From assembly GCA_016712745.1 (NCBI GenBank), contig JADJQN010000001.1:1777494-1841493 (forward strand): a stretch of DNA of 64,000 bases, read 5' to 3'. Source of the DNA: Sandaracinaceae bacterium (GTDB lineage Bacteria > Myxococcota_A > Polyangia > Polyangiales > JADJQN01). Each line of letters starts with the position of its first letter. Position 1 is the first letter of the stretch. The notes beneath the pieces were generated by a model, which searched no databases, had not been told where the DNA came from, and saw nothing but the letters and a program-made list of their open reading frames with translations. The translations under genes and the position numbers were made by a program. This document shows positions 26,886 through 35,220 of the stretch, one piece after another.

Positions 26886-27440
26886 GTGACCATCCAACTC
26901 TACCGGCGCAACGCGTTCGCGCGATCGACCCGCATTTCGCGCGTCGCATTCGCACTGGTTTTAGCCGTCTGCGCATCAGCGATAGTCGCACCATCAAAGG
27001 CGCATGCCGAAGGCGACCGATTCACGATCGAGCTTGGGGGCGGCTACGCCATGGCTAGCGGCGCAGGCCTGCCGAGTCGCGGCATCGGCGGCGATTTGTG
27101 GATGACGTACGGCCTGAGCTACTCGTTCACGCTACGCGCGTTTGGCGGAGTAGCGTTGCAAGGGAGCGACCACTGGATTCAAGACTACGGAGTGGACGTG
27201 GTCTACGTGATCAACGCGTTCGCGTTCGTGCCCTATGCTGGCCTTGGGATGAACGTCCTCACGCATACCCACAACCACGAATCTATTAACGCATTCGGCC
27301 TTCATGGGGTGCTCGGCATCGACTTTCTCCTGAGCGATGCGGTCTTCGCCGGCCTCGAGGTGCGGCCGACTTTAGCGCTCACCCAGTACTTCGAGATGCC
27401 GATCTACATCAAACTAGGTTTTGCGTTCGACCTCGACTAG
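26886..27440 (+). CDS. small outer-membrane beta-barrel-like protein
   Basis: Signal peptide (RISRVAFALVLAVCASAIVAPSKAHA), alternating Gly/aromatic beta-strand pattern, C-terminal FAFDLD. Start set to the in-frame GTG at 26886; the ORF track start is 26811. Confidence 0.45.
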   Translation: MTIQLYRRNAFARSTRISRVAFALVLAVCASAIVAPSKAHAEGDRFTIELGGGYAMASGAGLPSRGIGGDLWMTYGLSYSFTLRAFGGVALQGSDHWIQDYGVDVVYVINAFAFVPYAGLGMNVLTHTHNHESINAFGLHGVLGIDFLLSDAVFAGLEVRPTLALTQYFEMPIYIKLGFAFDLD

Positions 27441-27564
27441 TCGCCGCGCGAACCTACGTCTCGCTGAAGAAAGCGAGTACGCTCTTAACATGCTCAGCAA
27501 ATTTCACAGTGCTCTGCTTCGACGGATGATCTACGCGATGGTTGCAGTCGGCGTCATCGCCAAG

Positions 27565-28287
27565 CTAAGGCCTCACGATGGTGCGCGCTGGCAGAACGAT
27601 AAGCTTGTGCCGTCGTAGCATTTCGATGCCCCAGGGATTGTCGTCCTGTAGCGCAGTGAAATGATCGTCGGCTTCGTCAAGGACGCCGTAAATGTGCAGC
27701 GTGTCGTCCCGCTCCTCGACGACAACTGCCGTGAGAGGCCGTCGCAAGAACAGCTCACGCTCAATCGCGGCGATTGTCTGAGGCGGCATTCGAAGCGCTT
27801 GCTTCGCATTCCAAACGCGCAGCTCCACGCAGTAAGCGATCTCGAAGCCATCGATCTCTTTGGGGAGCAGAGTGAGGGGCACTCGATGGCGCGCGTCTCG
27901 CGTCGTTACCCACATCCACCAGCCGCTGTTGTCGTGCGACATATCGACTTGCGCGATATCGGTATAACGAATCTTGGTGAGCGCCTGGCGCCAGAGCGGA
28001 TACGACGGAAAACTCAGATGCTCTGCGCCGAAGCGAAGCTCGAAGCGCGGAAATCCCTTCAACCGATACGCGATGAAAAGCAAATACATCGCCAACGACG
28101 CCAACCCGATCGCACCGAATTCGAGACCGTATCCGCCACGCGTCGTCAGGCGCGTGCTTGCCGCATGCGCGAGGATGGCGAGCAAGAGAACGATTCCCGC
28201 AACCCAGTAGATACCGTTCGCGCGTCTCCGCAATGGATAGACGATGTCGTCATTCAAGGTGGGCACATCGATCCTGCGGAAAGTCAT
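27565..28287 (-). CDS. hypothetical membrane protein (two N-terminal TM helices)
   Basis: IYWVAGIVLLLAILAHA and AIGLASLAMYLLFIAY helices followed by a soluble domain. No motif recognised. Confidence 0.5.
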   Translation of the reverse strand: MTFRRIDVPTLNDDIVYPLRRRANGIYWVAGIVLLLAILAHAASTRLTTRGGYGLEFGAIGLASLAMYLLFIAYRLKGFPRFELRFGAEHLSFPSYPLWRQALTKIRYTDIAQVDMSHDNSGWWMWVTTRDARHRVPLTLLPKEIDGFEIAYCVELRVWNAKQALRMPPQTIAAIERELFLRRPLTAVVVEERDDTLHIYGVLDEADDHFTALQDDNPWGIEMLRRHKLIVLPARTIVRP

Positions 28288-28360
28288 GGCGATGGCAGAC
28301 TATCAAATCGCAGGCGTGCTGAGTATCGCCCGCCCTTTCAGAGGCGGGAGCGAGATTCAC

Positions 28361-28918
28361 TCAGTATTGGGCGTCTAGGACTGCCGTCCAATCGTTCTTC
28401 GCGTCCGGCGAAAGAAAGGGCACGCGGAACCCGCACTGCTGCGGCATCGCGCGCGCGCGCACATACCAACATGAAGCACCAACCCACTTGTCCGATCGGC
28501 ATCCGGCAGACGCAAGCGAGTGATCGATTAGAAGCTCGGCCGGTGCGGGCAACGCCCACTCCGCATTCGTGCGAACGGCACGCAGGTGCAACGGATCATT
28601 CGCGAGCGCTTCGGTATGGCAGACCTGCAGCCTGTCATGGCGCTCCAAAGCACCGTAGATGCGGCGTACGTCGTCTCCGCCATCTTCCTCGAGCGCGATT
28701 GCTAGACCTACGAAATAGGGAGCATCGCGCCCTTCGATTGTTCAGCTCGCTAGCGCCCGCTGCGCGCTCATCGCACGTGATGGATATGGTGTCTCGACTG
28801 CGAACCTGTGAATGCTTCTGCCGACCGTGCGACATGTCGCGCCGTCCTTGACGTACAACGCGAAAAGCACAACCGGCTCCGGCTTGCCACGAAGCAAGCC
28901 GTCATGTCCGCGCGCCAT
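28361..28918 (-). pseudogene. hypothetical ORF interrupted by a single in-frame TGA (28742-28744)
   Basis: One minus-strand frame is open from 28994 to 28361 except for one TGA. Third-position GC is high on both sides of it. The only ATG upstream of the TGA is at 28918. Confidence 0.35.
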
Positions 28919-28996
28919 CTCCAGCGCGTTGAGCTCCTCAACGAAGCGGTAGGACGGAGTGCACGGCGGTTTGAGGAAGTCGAAGTACGAAGTATT

Positions 28997-30685
28997 TCAG
29001 CGCTCGTATGCACCGACGTCGGGCGCGGCGCCGTTGAAAGGGAAGCCTACATCGGTTCCGCGGTCCAGAAGGTCGGATCCCGCAACGAGGCGTAGGAATG
29101 GCAAATTCGGCAAGCTTCCGTCGGCCTGACGCGGCCCGGCCGCACCGACCGACGATGTGCTCATGAAATCTGCGTCGTTGATCGTGACGCCCGGGCTCAG
29201 GTTGCCGTAGTCGATTCCGTCGTGCGTCGTGGCCCAAACGTTGTTCGAGATATTGTCGTCAAGGCCGTCGTACACCCAGTCGCCACCTGATTGCAGGCGG
29301 TTGTTCGCGTACGCCCAGTCATTGCGGAAGATGTGGGCGATGCCAACCGATCGTCCCGTGCCAAAGCCAAATCCATCGTTTCCATTGTGGTACGCGACCG
29401 AGTTCACGATCTGCATCTGATGGCTGAACTCGGCCATCATGTTGGCCGAGTAACCCGTGCCGACATTCTCGAAGGAGACGCAGTGATCCAAATACTTCTT
29501 TAGAACGGTCGGCATGCCAGGCGGGCCGGCCGAACCATGCCCGCCGAGTTTGAAGCCTTCGCCGGCCTCGATACTCACGACGTAGCCCTCGACGCCAAAG
29601 AAAACCGCCGGGTCCTCCGGGGTCATCTCAGAATCATTGGGCGTCGTGTTGGTCGGGCCCCACGGCTTGATGCCGTTCCAAAACGACCAACATCCGCTGA
29701 GCGTTACTCGCGCCCCTGCCCAGTCGAACCAATCATATCCATCGTCCGAGTTGAGCCATGCACGACAACCTTCATACACGTTGTCCGTGGACTCATCGCC
29801 GCCGGAACAACCAAAGCCATCACCTGTGTTCCAGGAGCCGTATTCTGGAAACGCGGGATCACCAAGACCATCGCCGTTATGATGTGAGTCGATATTCAGC
29901 AGGTGATTGTTGGTTGAAGGCGTGACTGACGACTGGCTGAGCGTAAAACCCGCGCCCGCGATGTTCGAAATATCGAAGAGCTCGATGGTGCAATGCTCAC
30001 AGCCCGAAATGTTCACGCCGCGAGATATTCCAACGCCGCTTGGGACTTGCGCAAGCATCGTCACGGTGAAGCCCTTTAGATGAACGTAGCTGCTGTTGAG
30101 CAGAACGAACACAAACGGATATTCATACGTCGGCGTAATGTTGGCGCAGCTGAAGATGGGTTTCTCGCCGGGATACGCCCAGATGCGAATCGGCGCACCG
30201 GCGGTGCCGTGAAGATCTTCGAGAATAAAATGGTTGGACGCGTCGTCCCCCGCCTCCGACAGATAGGTGCCGCCGCGAATGTACGCGGTCTTTCCCGCTG
30301 CCCCCGCGCCCAGTGTGTGAAGCACGTTGTTGAGCTTAGCGAGAGTGCGAAAGGGCGCTTCGATCGTACCCGGATTGCTATCGTTGCCGGTCGGCGACAC
30401 GTAGTAGTCGCCTTCATCCGGACTGCCCGCATCGGAGCCGCCCGAGTCGGGCAAGCCACCTAGATCGATGTCGGCACCGGAGTCGAAACCGCCTGCGTCA
30501 AATGAACCGCCGTCGACTCCGCCTGCGTCCACGCTTCCGAGGTCGATGTCTACGCCGAGGTCCTCCCGCGCGGCGGCATCGGTGCCCGAAGTGCTAGTCA
30601 GCGAGGATGCGCAACCGACGAAGCATGCGCATGCGATGATCGCGGCGGCACAGGCCGCACTACTACCTGAAGATGGCAATCTCAT
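28997..30685 (-). CDS. right-handed parallel beta-helix (pectate-lyase-fold) lipoprotein
   Basis: Lipobox CFVGC and an Asp/Gly-rich linker. YYVSPTGNDSNPGTIEAPFRTLAKL is typical of the DUF1565/pectate-lyase superfamily N-cap. Repeated NxxH/G-rich beta-helix turns. Confidence 0.6.
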   Translation of the reverse strand: MRLPSSGSSAACAAAIIACACFVGCASSLTSTSGTDAAAREDLGVDIDLGSVDAGGVDGGSFDAGGFDSGADIDLGGLPDSGGSDAGSPDEGDYYVSPTGNDSNPGTIEAPFRTLAKLNNVLHTLGAGAAGKTAYIRGGTYLSEAGDDASNHFILEDLHGTAGAPIRIWAYPGEKPIFSCANITPTYEYPFVFVLLNSSYVHLKGFTVTMLAQVPSGVGISRGVNISGCEHCTIELFDISNIAGAGFTLSQSSVTPSTNNHLLNIDSHHNGDGLGDPAFPEYGSWNTGDGFGCSGGDESTDNVYEGCRAWLNSDDGYDWFDWAGARVTLSGCWSFWNGIKPWGPTNTTPNDSEMTPEDPAVFFGVEGYVVSIEAGEGFKLGGHGSAGPPGMPTVLKKYLDHCVSFENVGTGYSANMMAEFSHQMQIVNSVAYHNGNDGFGFGTGRSVGIAHIFRNDWAYANNRLQSGGDWVYDGLDDNISNNVWATTHDGIDYGNLSPGVTINDADFMSTSSVGAAGPRQADGSLPNLPFLRLVAGSDLLDRGTDVGFPFNGAAPDVGAYER

Positions 30686-30903
30686 CGTGAGGATCCCTTC
30701 GCTACTAAGGTTCAGATCACAAGGTACACACGCGCCTCGGCGGCTTCACGACAAAACGCGCAACGCCTGTGTTAAACGTGTGCCGACATACCGTCTCGCC
30801 GGCCGGAACGCACAGGGCGGGCGCAGAGGTAGTCTTGAGTGCACTCGCTTCGCGCCCGCAGCAAGCGTATCCTGCGCCGTCACCGGCTTTCGAACGTGAG
30901 CGC

Positions 30904-32514
30904 ATGACCCTTTCACGACGCAATTTCATTCAACTGGTGGGCGCTGCGTCGCTCGCGGGCGCTTTGCCTTCGTGTGCGACCGAAACGCCGATCGTCGAAG
31001 AAGAACCTGAAGAGATAATTCCAGTACCGACCGAGCTTGGGCCCGACGGTTTTCCCATCTACGTCGAAGACCCGATTGTCGGCCCGGCCTCGCTCTTCTC
31101 GCACGGGATCGCCAGTGGCGACCCGACGGATAGCGCGATCATTCTATGGACGCGCGTTTCGCCAGACGACCCGTCAGTGCCCGCGCTGGTTTTTTGGGAG
31201 TGCGCAAGCGACGCCGCTTTCACTACGCGCCATGGTGCGGGCTGGATCGCAGCCACAGCGCGCCATGACTTCACGGCCAAAGCCGACGCACAGGCGTTGC
31301 CCGCGGGCACAAACCTTTACTATCGCTTTCGATCGCAAGGGCAGATGTCGATTGTGGGCCGCACGAAGACTGCAAGCAGCACCGCGGCCCAAGCGCGTTT
31401 TGCGCTCGCGTCCTGCGCCCGTTTCGAGGCCGGCTATTATATCGCGTACGGCGCCATCGCCGAGCTCGATGATCTTGACGCGGTTATTCACGTCGGAGAC
31501 TACATCTACGAATATGCGGACGGCGTAACCGACGCTGTACGCTCGGCCGAGCCCGCGAACGAGCTCTTCACGCTGGCCGACTATCGCACGCGCTATTCGT
31601 GTTATCGCCGGGACGTGCAGTTGCAAGCCATGCACGCGCGCCATCCCGTGATCGCAGTATGGGATGACCACGAAGTGGTCAACGACGCTTGGTCGACCGG
31701 CATGCCCGCCGATTCGACACCATCGCCAATCGAGTTTTCCGCCCGTAAAAAGAACGCTCTGCGCGCGCACGGGGAGTGGATGCCCGTCCGCGTCAACGCT
31801 GACGGAAGCATCCATCGCTCTTTTCGCTTCGGCCCAACCGACTTGTTTATGCTCGACACGCGCTACGAAGGTCGCGTGCAACAAACCACGTCCAACAATT
31901 TTGCAGCGATCGCGAGTCCCGCGCGAACGCTCCTCGGCAGCGTGCAGGAAGAGTGGCTGGCGAGCGGACTCGCGTCGACGAATGCGCAGTATTGCTTGAT
32001 CGGCCAGCAACTTATGATGGCTCAGCTCGCACTTCGCGGACGGACGTTGTCGCAAGGTGGTCCAAACATCGTCAATCCGGATCAGTGGGACGGCTATCAG
32101 GGCAGCCGCGCGTGGATCTTCGACCAGTTCGCGCGCCGACAGAATGTTGTCGTGCTGTCGGGCGACTTGCATGTTTCATTTGCCAGCGAGCTGGTAATTG
32201 ATCCGTGGGATTCCGCTGTCTACAACCCGGAGACCGGCGCGGGCGTGGTTGGTGTCGAGCTGCTGACGCCCGGGATCACGTCACCAAGCGGAATCGACGG
32301 AGCGTTTCTGGGCTTCGCGCTCGATAACAATCCCCACATCCTGTACGGCGAGATTGAGCACCGAGGCTTCGTCAGCTTGGAGTTCGACTCGACGCAGATG
32401 CGGGCATCCTATAATCACGTGGAGAATGCACGCGATGAGACGAGCGGCTTCCTTCCGCCTGTCCAATTCGAAATGATGAGCGGCAGCAAGCGGCTTGTGC
32501 GTGTCGGTAGCTAG
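30904..32514 (+). CDS. phoD: alkaline phosphatase D family (PhoD), Tat-exported
   Basis: Twin-arginine signal LSRRNFIQLVGAASLAG. PhoD blocks GIASGDPTDSAIILWTRV, HVGDYIYEY, VWDDHEV, VVLSGDLH. Confidence 0.85.
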   Translation: MTLSRRNFIQLVGAASLAGALPSCATETPIVEEEPEEIIPVPTELGPDGFPIYVEDPIVGPASLFSHGIASGDPTDSAIILWTRVSPDDPSVPALVFWECASDAAFTTRHGAGWIAATARHDFTAKADAQALPAGTNLYYRFRSQGQMSIVGRTKTASSTAAQARFALASCARFEAGYYIAYGAIAELDDLDAVIHVGDYIYEYADGVTDAVRSAEPANELFTLADYRTRYSCYRRDVQLQAMHARHPVIAVWDDHEVVNDAWSTGMPADSTPSPIEFSARKKNALRAHGEWMPVRVNADGSIHRSFRFGPTDLFMLDTRYEGRVQQTTSNNFAAIASPARTLLGSVQEEWLASGLASTNAQYCLIGQQLMMAQLALRGRTLSQGGPNIVNPDQWDGYQGSRAWIFDQFARRQNVVVLSGDLHVSFASELVIDPWDSAVYNPETGAGVVGVELLTPGITSPSGIDGAFLGFALDNNPHILYGEIEHRGFVSLEFDSTQMRASYNHVENARDETSGFLPPVQFEMMSGSKRLVRVGS

Positions 32515-32532
32515 AGTCGTTACACTAGCGTC

Positions 32533-32778
32533 GTGCTAGTGTACGCCGCGATGATTCACCGACACGACAACGCGACGCAAACCCGTTGGGACCGCGGCGA
32601 CTTCAAAGTGCAGCTCATTCTGCCGGGCGACACAAAGCCGATGGGCTTCTGCGACGGCACGGATGCCGACCGCGCCGAGCTTCGATCGATGGCCGAGGCC
32701 GAAGGGTCATCCTTCGAGATCGAGGTCAAAGTGCTCAAGACCGGGCGCGAAATCTGGACGCTGCGCGGTTCTGGTTAG
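32533..32778 (+). CDS. small hypothetical protein
   Basis: 81-aa ORF beginning 19 nt after phoD. No motif recognised. Confidence 0.3.
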   Translation: MLVYAAMIHRHDNATQTRWDRGDFKVQLILPGDTKPMGFCDGTDADRAELRSMAEAEGSSFEIEVKVLKTGREIWTLRGSG

Positions 32779-32826
32779 CTGTCTTTTGAAGTGTGGCCGA
32801 CGTGACGGCGAGGCCCCGCGTCAAAC

Positions 32827-32863
32827 GCAAAAACGCCGCGGCCGTTTGATTCGGTCGCGGCGT
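32827..32863 (-). terminator. intrinsic terminator for the DUF2171-like gene
   Basis: On the minus strand: ACGCCGCG-(15 nt)-CGCGGCGT followed by TTTTTG. It begins 26 nt after the stop at 32889. Confidence 0.55.
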
Positions 32864-32888
32864 CAGTCTGCGTTTCGTTGGGTGAAGC

Positions 32889-33194
32889 TCAGGCCATTTT
32901 GGCGCCGGGCGCTTGCGTGGTCCAGCTGCGCATCATTTCTTCGCCGGGCTTGTTCGCGTGAACCTTATCGTCGACGCTTGCGATCGAGCTCACCGGAATG
33001 TAGTGATGCACTCCCTTATCGTCCTTGTTCAACTTGATCGAGTCGCCTTCGACGCGATCTACAACGCCGAACTGTCCATCGTTCGAGCAAACAACCGGCA
33101 TGCCAACCTTGATTTGCTTCTTGTCGACGGCGCCTGACGTCGTTGCCTTGTTGCTCTTGTCCTGCGTCGTGTTCTTATCATTAGTATTCAACAT
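32889..33194 (-). CDS. DUF2171-like (PRC-barrel-like) small protein
   Basis: IKVGMPVVCSNDGQFGVVDRVEGDSIKLNKDDKGVHHYIPVSSIASVDDKVHANK matches the DUF2171 pattern as recalled. Start at ATG 33194, which has an AGGAG Shine-Dalgarno. Confidence 0.6.
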   Translation of the reverse strand: MLNTNDKNTTQDKSNKATTSGAVDKKQIKVGMPVVCSNDGQFGVVDRVEGDSIKLNKDDKGVHHYIPVSSIASVDDKVHANKPGEEMMRSWTTQAPGAKMA

Positions 33195-33257
33195 GGGTGG
33201 CTCCTGGAAAATTTGCGTCGCACATGCCGTGCAGCGCAGCTGTGTGACGGGAGGCAA

Positions 33258-33273
33258 AGCACCTTCCATGCCA
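33258..33273 (-). promoter_or_regulatory. sigma-54 (-24/-12) promoter candidate for the DUF2171-like gene
   Basis: The minus strand reads TGGCATGGAAGGTGCT, against the consensus TGGCACG-N4-TTGCW, with correct GG-to-GC spacing. The predicted 5' UTR is about 50 nt. Confidence 0.5.
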
Positions 33274-33376
33274 CGCGCGTGGCTTTATGAAACGGCGTAA
33301 AACCTCACAGTTCCCCTTTGGCCAGCGCGCTCTGGCTCACAGCCCGGCCTCAGGTGTGGCGTCGCTGCGCGTTGCC

Positions 33377-34593
33377 CTACTCCACCAGCGGATGCCCCGT
33401 GTTGCGGGGCGGAGCGACGGAAACTTTGTTGCGACCGCCTTCTTTTGAGGCGTAGAGAGCAGAATCGGCAAAGGCGATGAGCGCATCGAGCGTCGCGCAG
33501 TCATCGCCCCTACTCGCGACCCCCAAGCTCACCGTAAACGCGATCTCAGTCGAGTCCACGATGGCGGCGTGGGCTTCTGCGCGCGTGCGAATGCGTTCGG
33601 CCAAGGCTTCCGCATCCGCGCTCGAGCCCTCTGGCAAGAGCACGACGAATTCTTCGCCACCGAGGCGCGCAGCGAGCTCGCCATCGCGAACGGTATCCTT
33701 GAGAACTGTCGCGAGCGACTTGATGACCTCATCGCCAGCGGCGTGCCCGAAACGATCGTTGATGCTTTTGAATCTATCAATATCAATCATAACCGCAGCG
33801 CACGAGCGGCCCGATCGCGTCGCGTTCTGTACGACCGCTTCACCCTGCTCATAGAATGCACGTCGATTGCGAAGTCCGGTTAGCACATCCGTGCGCGCAG
33901 TACTTTCTGCAACCGCACGCGCCTTGTCGAGCTCATGCGCAAGCCGATAGGAACGACTTAGAAACTCATTGAGCAGCTTGGTCGCGCGCGAGGCCATCGT
34001 AATGTAAAGAATGCCGCCGAACGCCATACCGCGATGAAGCATGTCGTTCTGCATGGCGAAGTGGACCGTGGCCGGGCGATGATCAGAAAAATCGATACGG
34101 CGACGCTGACGACATGCGCCGAGTAAATGGCGGCAGTGCCACTACACATCCCGATGAGGAAGAAGTAGACGACGGCTTGATATGCGACAGAGCTAGGCAT
34201 GATCCACCATCCGCCGACTCCCCAGACCACGCTCGTGAGCGCAACGGAGACAACGAACCGGCGCTCCCACACCATGAAGCGCTCCCCCGCGTTCGAAGAG
34301 CTGCGCTGCCAGAGAACCAACCCGAGCCGCATCAAGGTCATCGCGATCGAAGCGACTAGCCACGTGATGAGCTTCGCTTTGTCCCCATGCGTCCAGAGGA
34401 TAAGCACCACCGTTGCAGCCACGATCGCGCTCACAAATACACTGGGTAGTGCCTGCCGATAGATGAGCTGAACTTGCTCGGCTCGAACATGTTCCGCGAC
34501 CCAAGCCGCTTCTTGCGTGCTCAGTGCCGGAAGGCTCTTTTCGCCGTTCGCCAAGGCGCCTATTACGCCGGCTTTCGAATCGCGCTGCAACAA
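33377..34593 (-). pseudogene. membrane-sensor diguanylate cyclase (GGDEF) with an apparent 1-nt frameshift
   Basis: The N-terminal polytopic part is ORF 33958..34593 and the GGDEF domain is ORF 33377..34054 (RLGGEEFVVLL, DIDRFKSINDRFGHAAGD). They are in different frames. Sense continues across GCCCGGCC near 34070-34077 only if one base is added. Confidence 0.6.
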
Positions 34594-34676
34594 CTACCGC
34601 CGCGCAATGTCCCGCACTGACGCAATTTTTCTCAACGCGGTGAGGAACGGCACGCAATTTCGTCGGCAATACGGTC

Positions 34677-34692
34677 TGGCACGGCGCTCGCA
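34677..34692 (+). promoter_or_regulatory. sigma-54 (-24/-12) promoter candidate for the GlsB/YeaQ-like gene
   Basis: TGGCACGGCGCTCGCA, one mismatch in the -12 TTGCA element. A hairpin GAGCGAC-GCCCA-GTCGCTC and a GGAG Shine-Dalgarno lie in the ~40-nt leader. Confidence 0.5.
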
Positions 34693-34744
34693 TTCCCGAG
34701 CGTAAAAGAGCGACGCCCAGTCGCTCGCAACGGAGTAAGCGAAT

Positions 34745-35029
34745 ATGAATCCCGCATTTGGTATTATCGCATGGATAGTCGTTAGTGCGCTGGCTGGCTG
34801 GATTGGCAGCATGATCATGGGCACGAACGCAAAGATGGGCGCCGTTGCCAATATCGTTGTTGGCATCGTCGGCGCCTTGGTGGGTGGTTTTGTGACGCGT
34901 CTCATGTTCGGAGACAATCCAGGCAACAACGGCTTCCTCGTGAGCCTCGGAGTTGCGCTGCTGGGATCGTGCATCGTGCTCGCGATCGTGAAAGCGGTAT
35001 CAGGCGGCGGCGGGCGAAGAGCCATCTAG
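34745..35029 (+). CDS. GlsB/YeaQ/YmgE family stress-response membrane protein
   Basis: IIAWIVVSALAGWIGSMIMG....GAVANIVVGIVGALVGGFV is the typical transglycosylase-associated (GlsB) family pattern. 94 aa. Confidence 0.85.
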   Translation: MNPAFGIIAWIVVSALAGWIGSMIMGTNAKMGAVANIVVGIVGALVGGFVTRLMFGDNPGNNGFLVSLGVALLGSCIVLAIVKAVSGGGGRRAI

Positions 35030-35220
35030 CTCACGTTCACGCCAAACAAATTCCGCGTCAGTGCGCGGCTATGTCGACGCGATTTCCACCGTTGCTCGTG
35101 CGAGAAGAAGTGCGAGAGGAAGACTGCGCAAAGCAGCGTGAAATTGGCGTTTCATCGACACCCCGAGCACCAAATCTGCCTTGCGGCCAGAATTGTGTCG
35201 ATGGCTCCAGTAAGTCGAAA

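Noticed and set aside
28742-28744. In-frame TGA as a selenocysteine codon
   Set aside because: No SECIS-like hairpin was evident immediately downstream. There is no redox-motif context (no CxxU-like neighbourhood). No sel genes are in the window. Pseudogene or sequencing error is more parsimonious.
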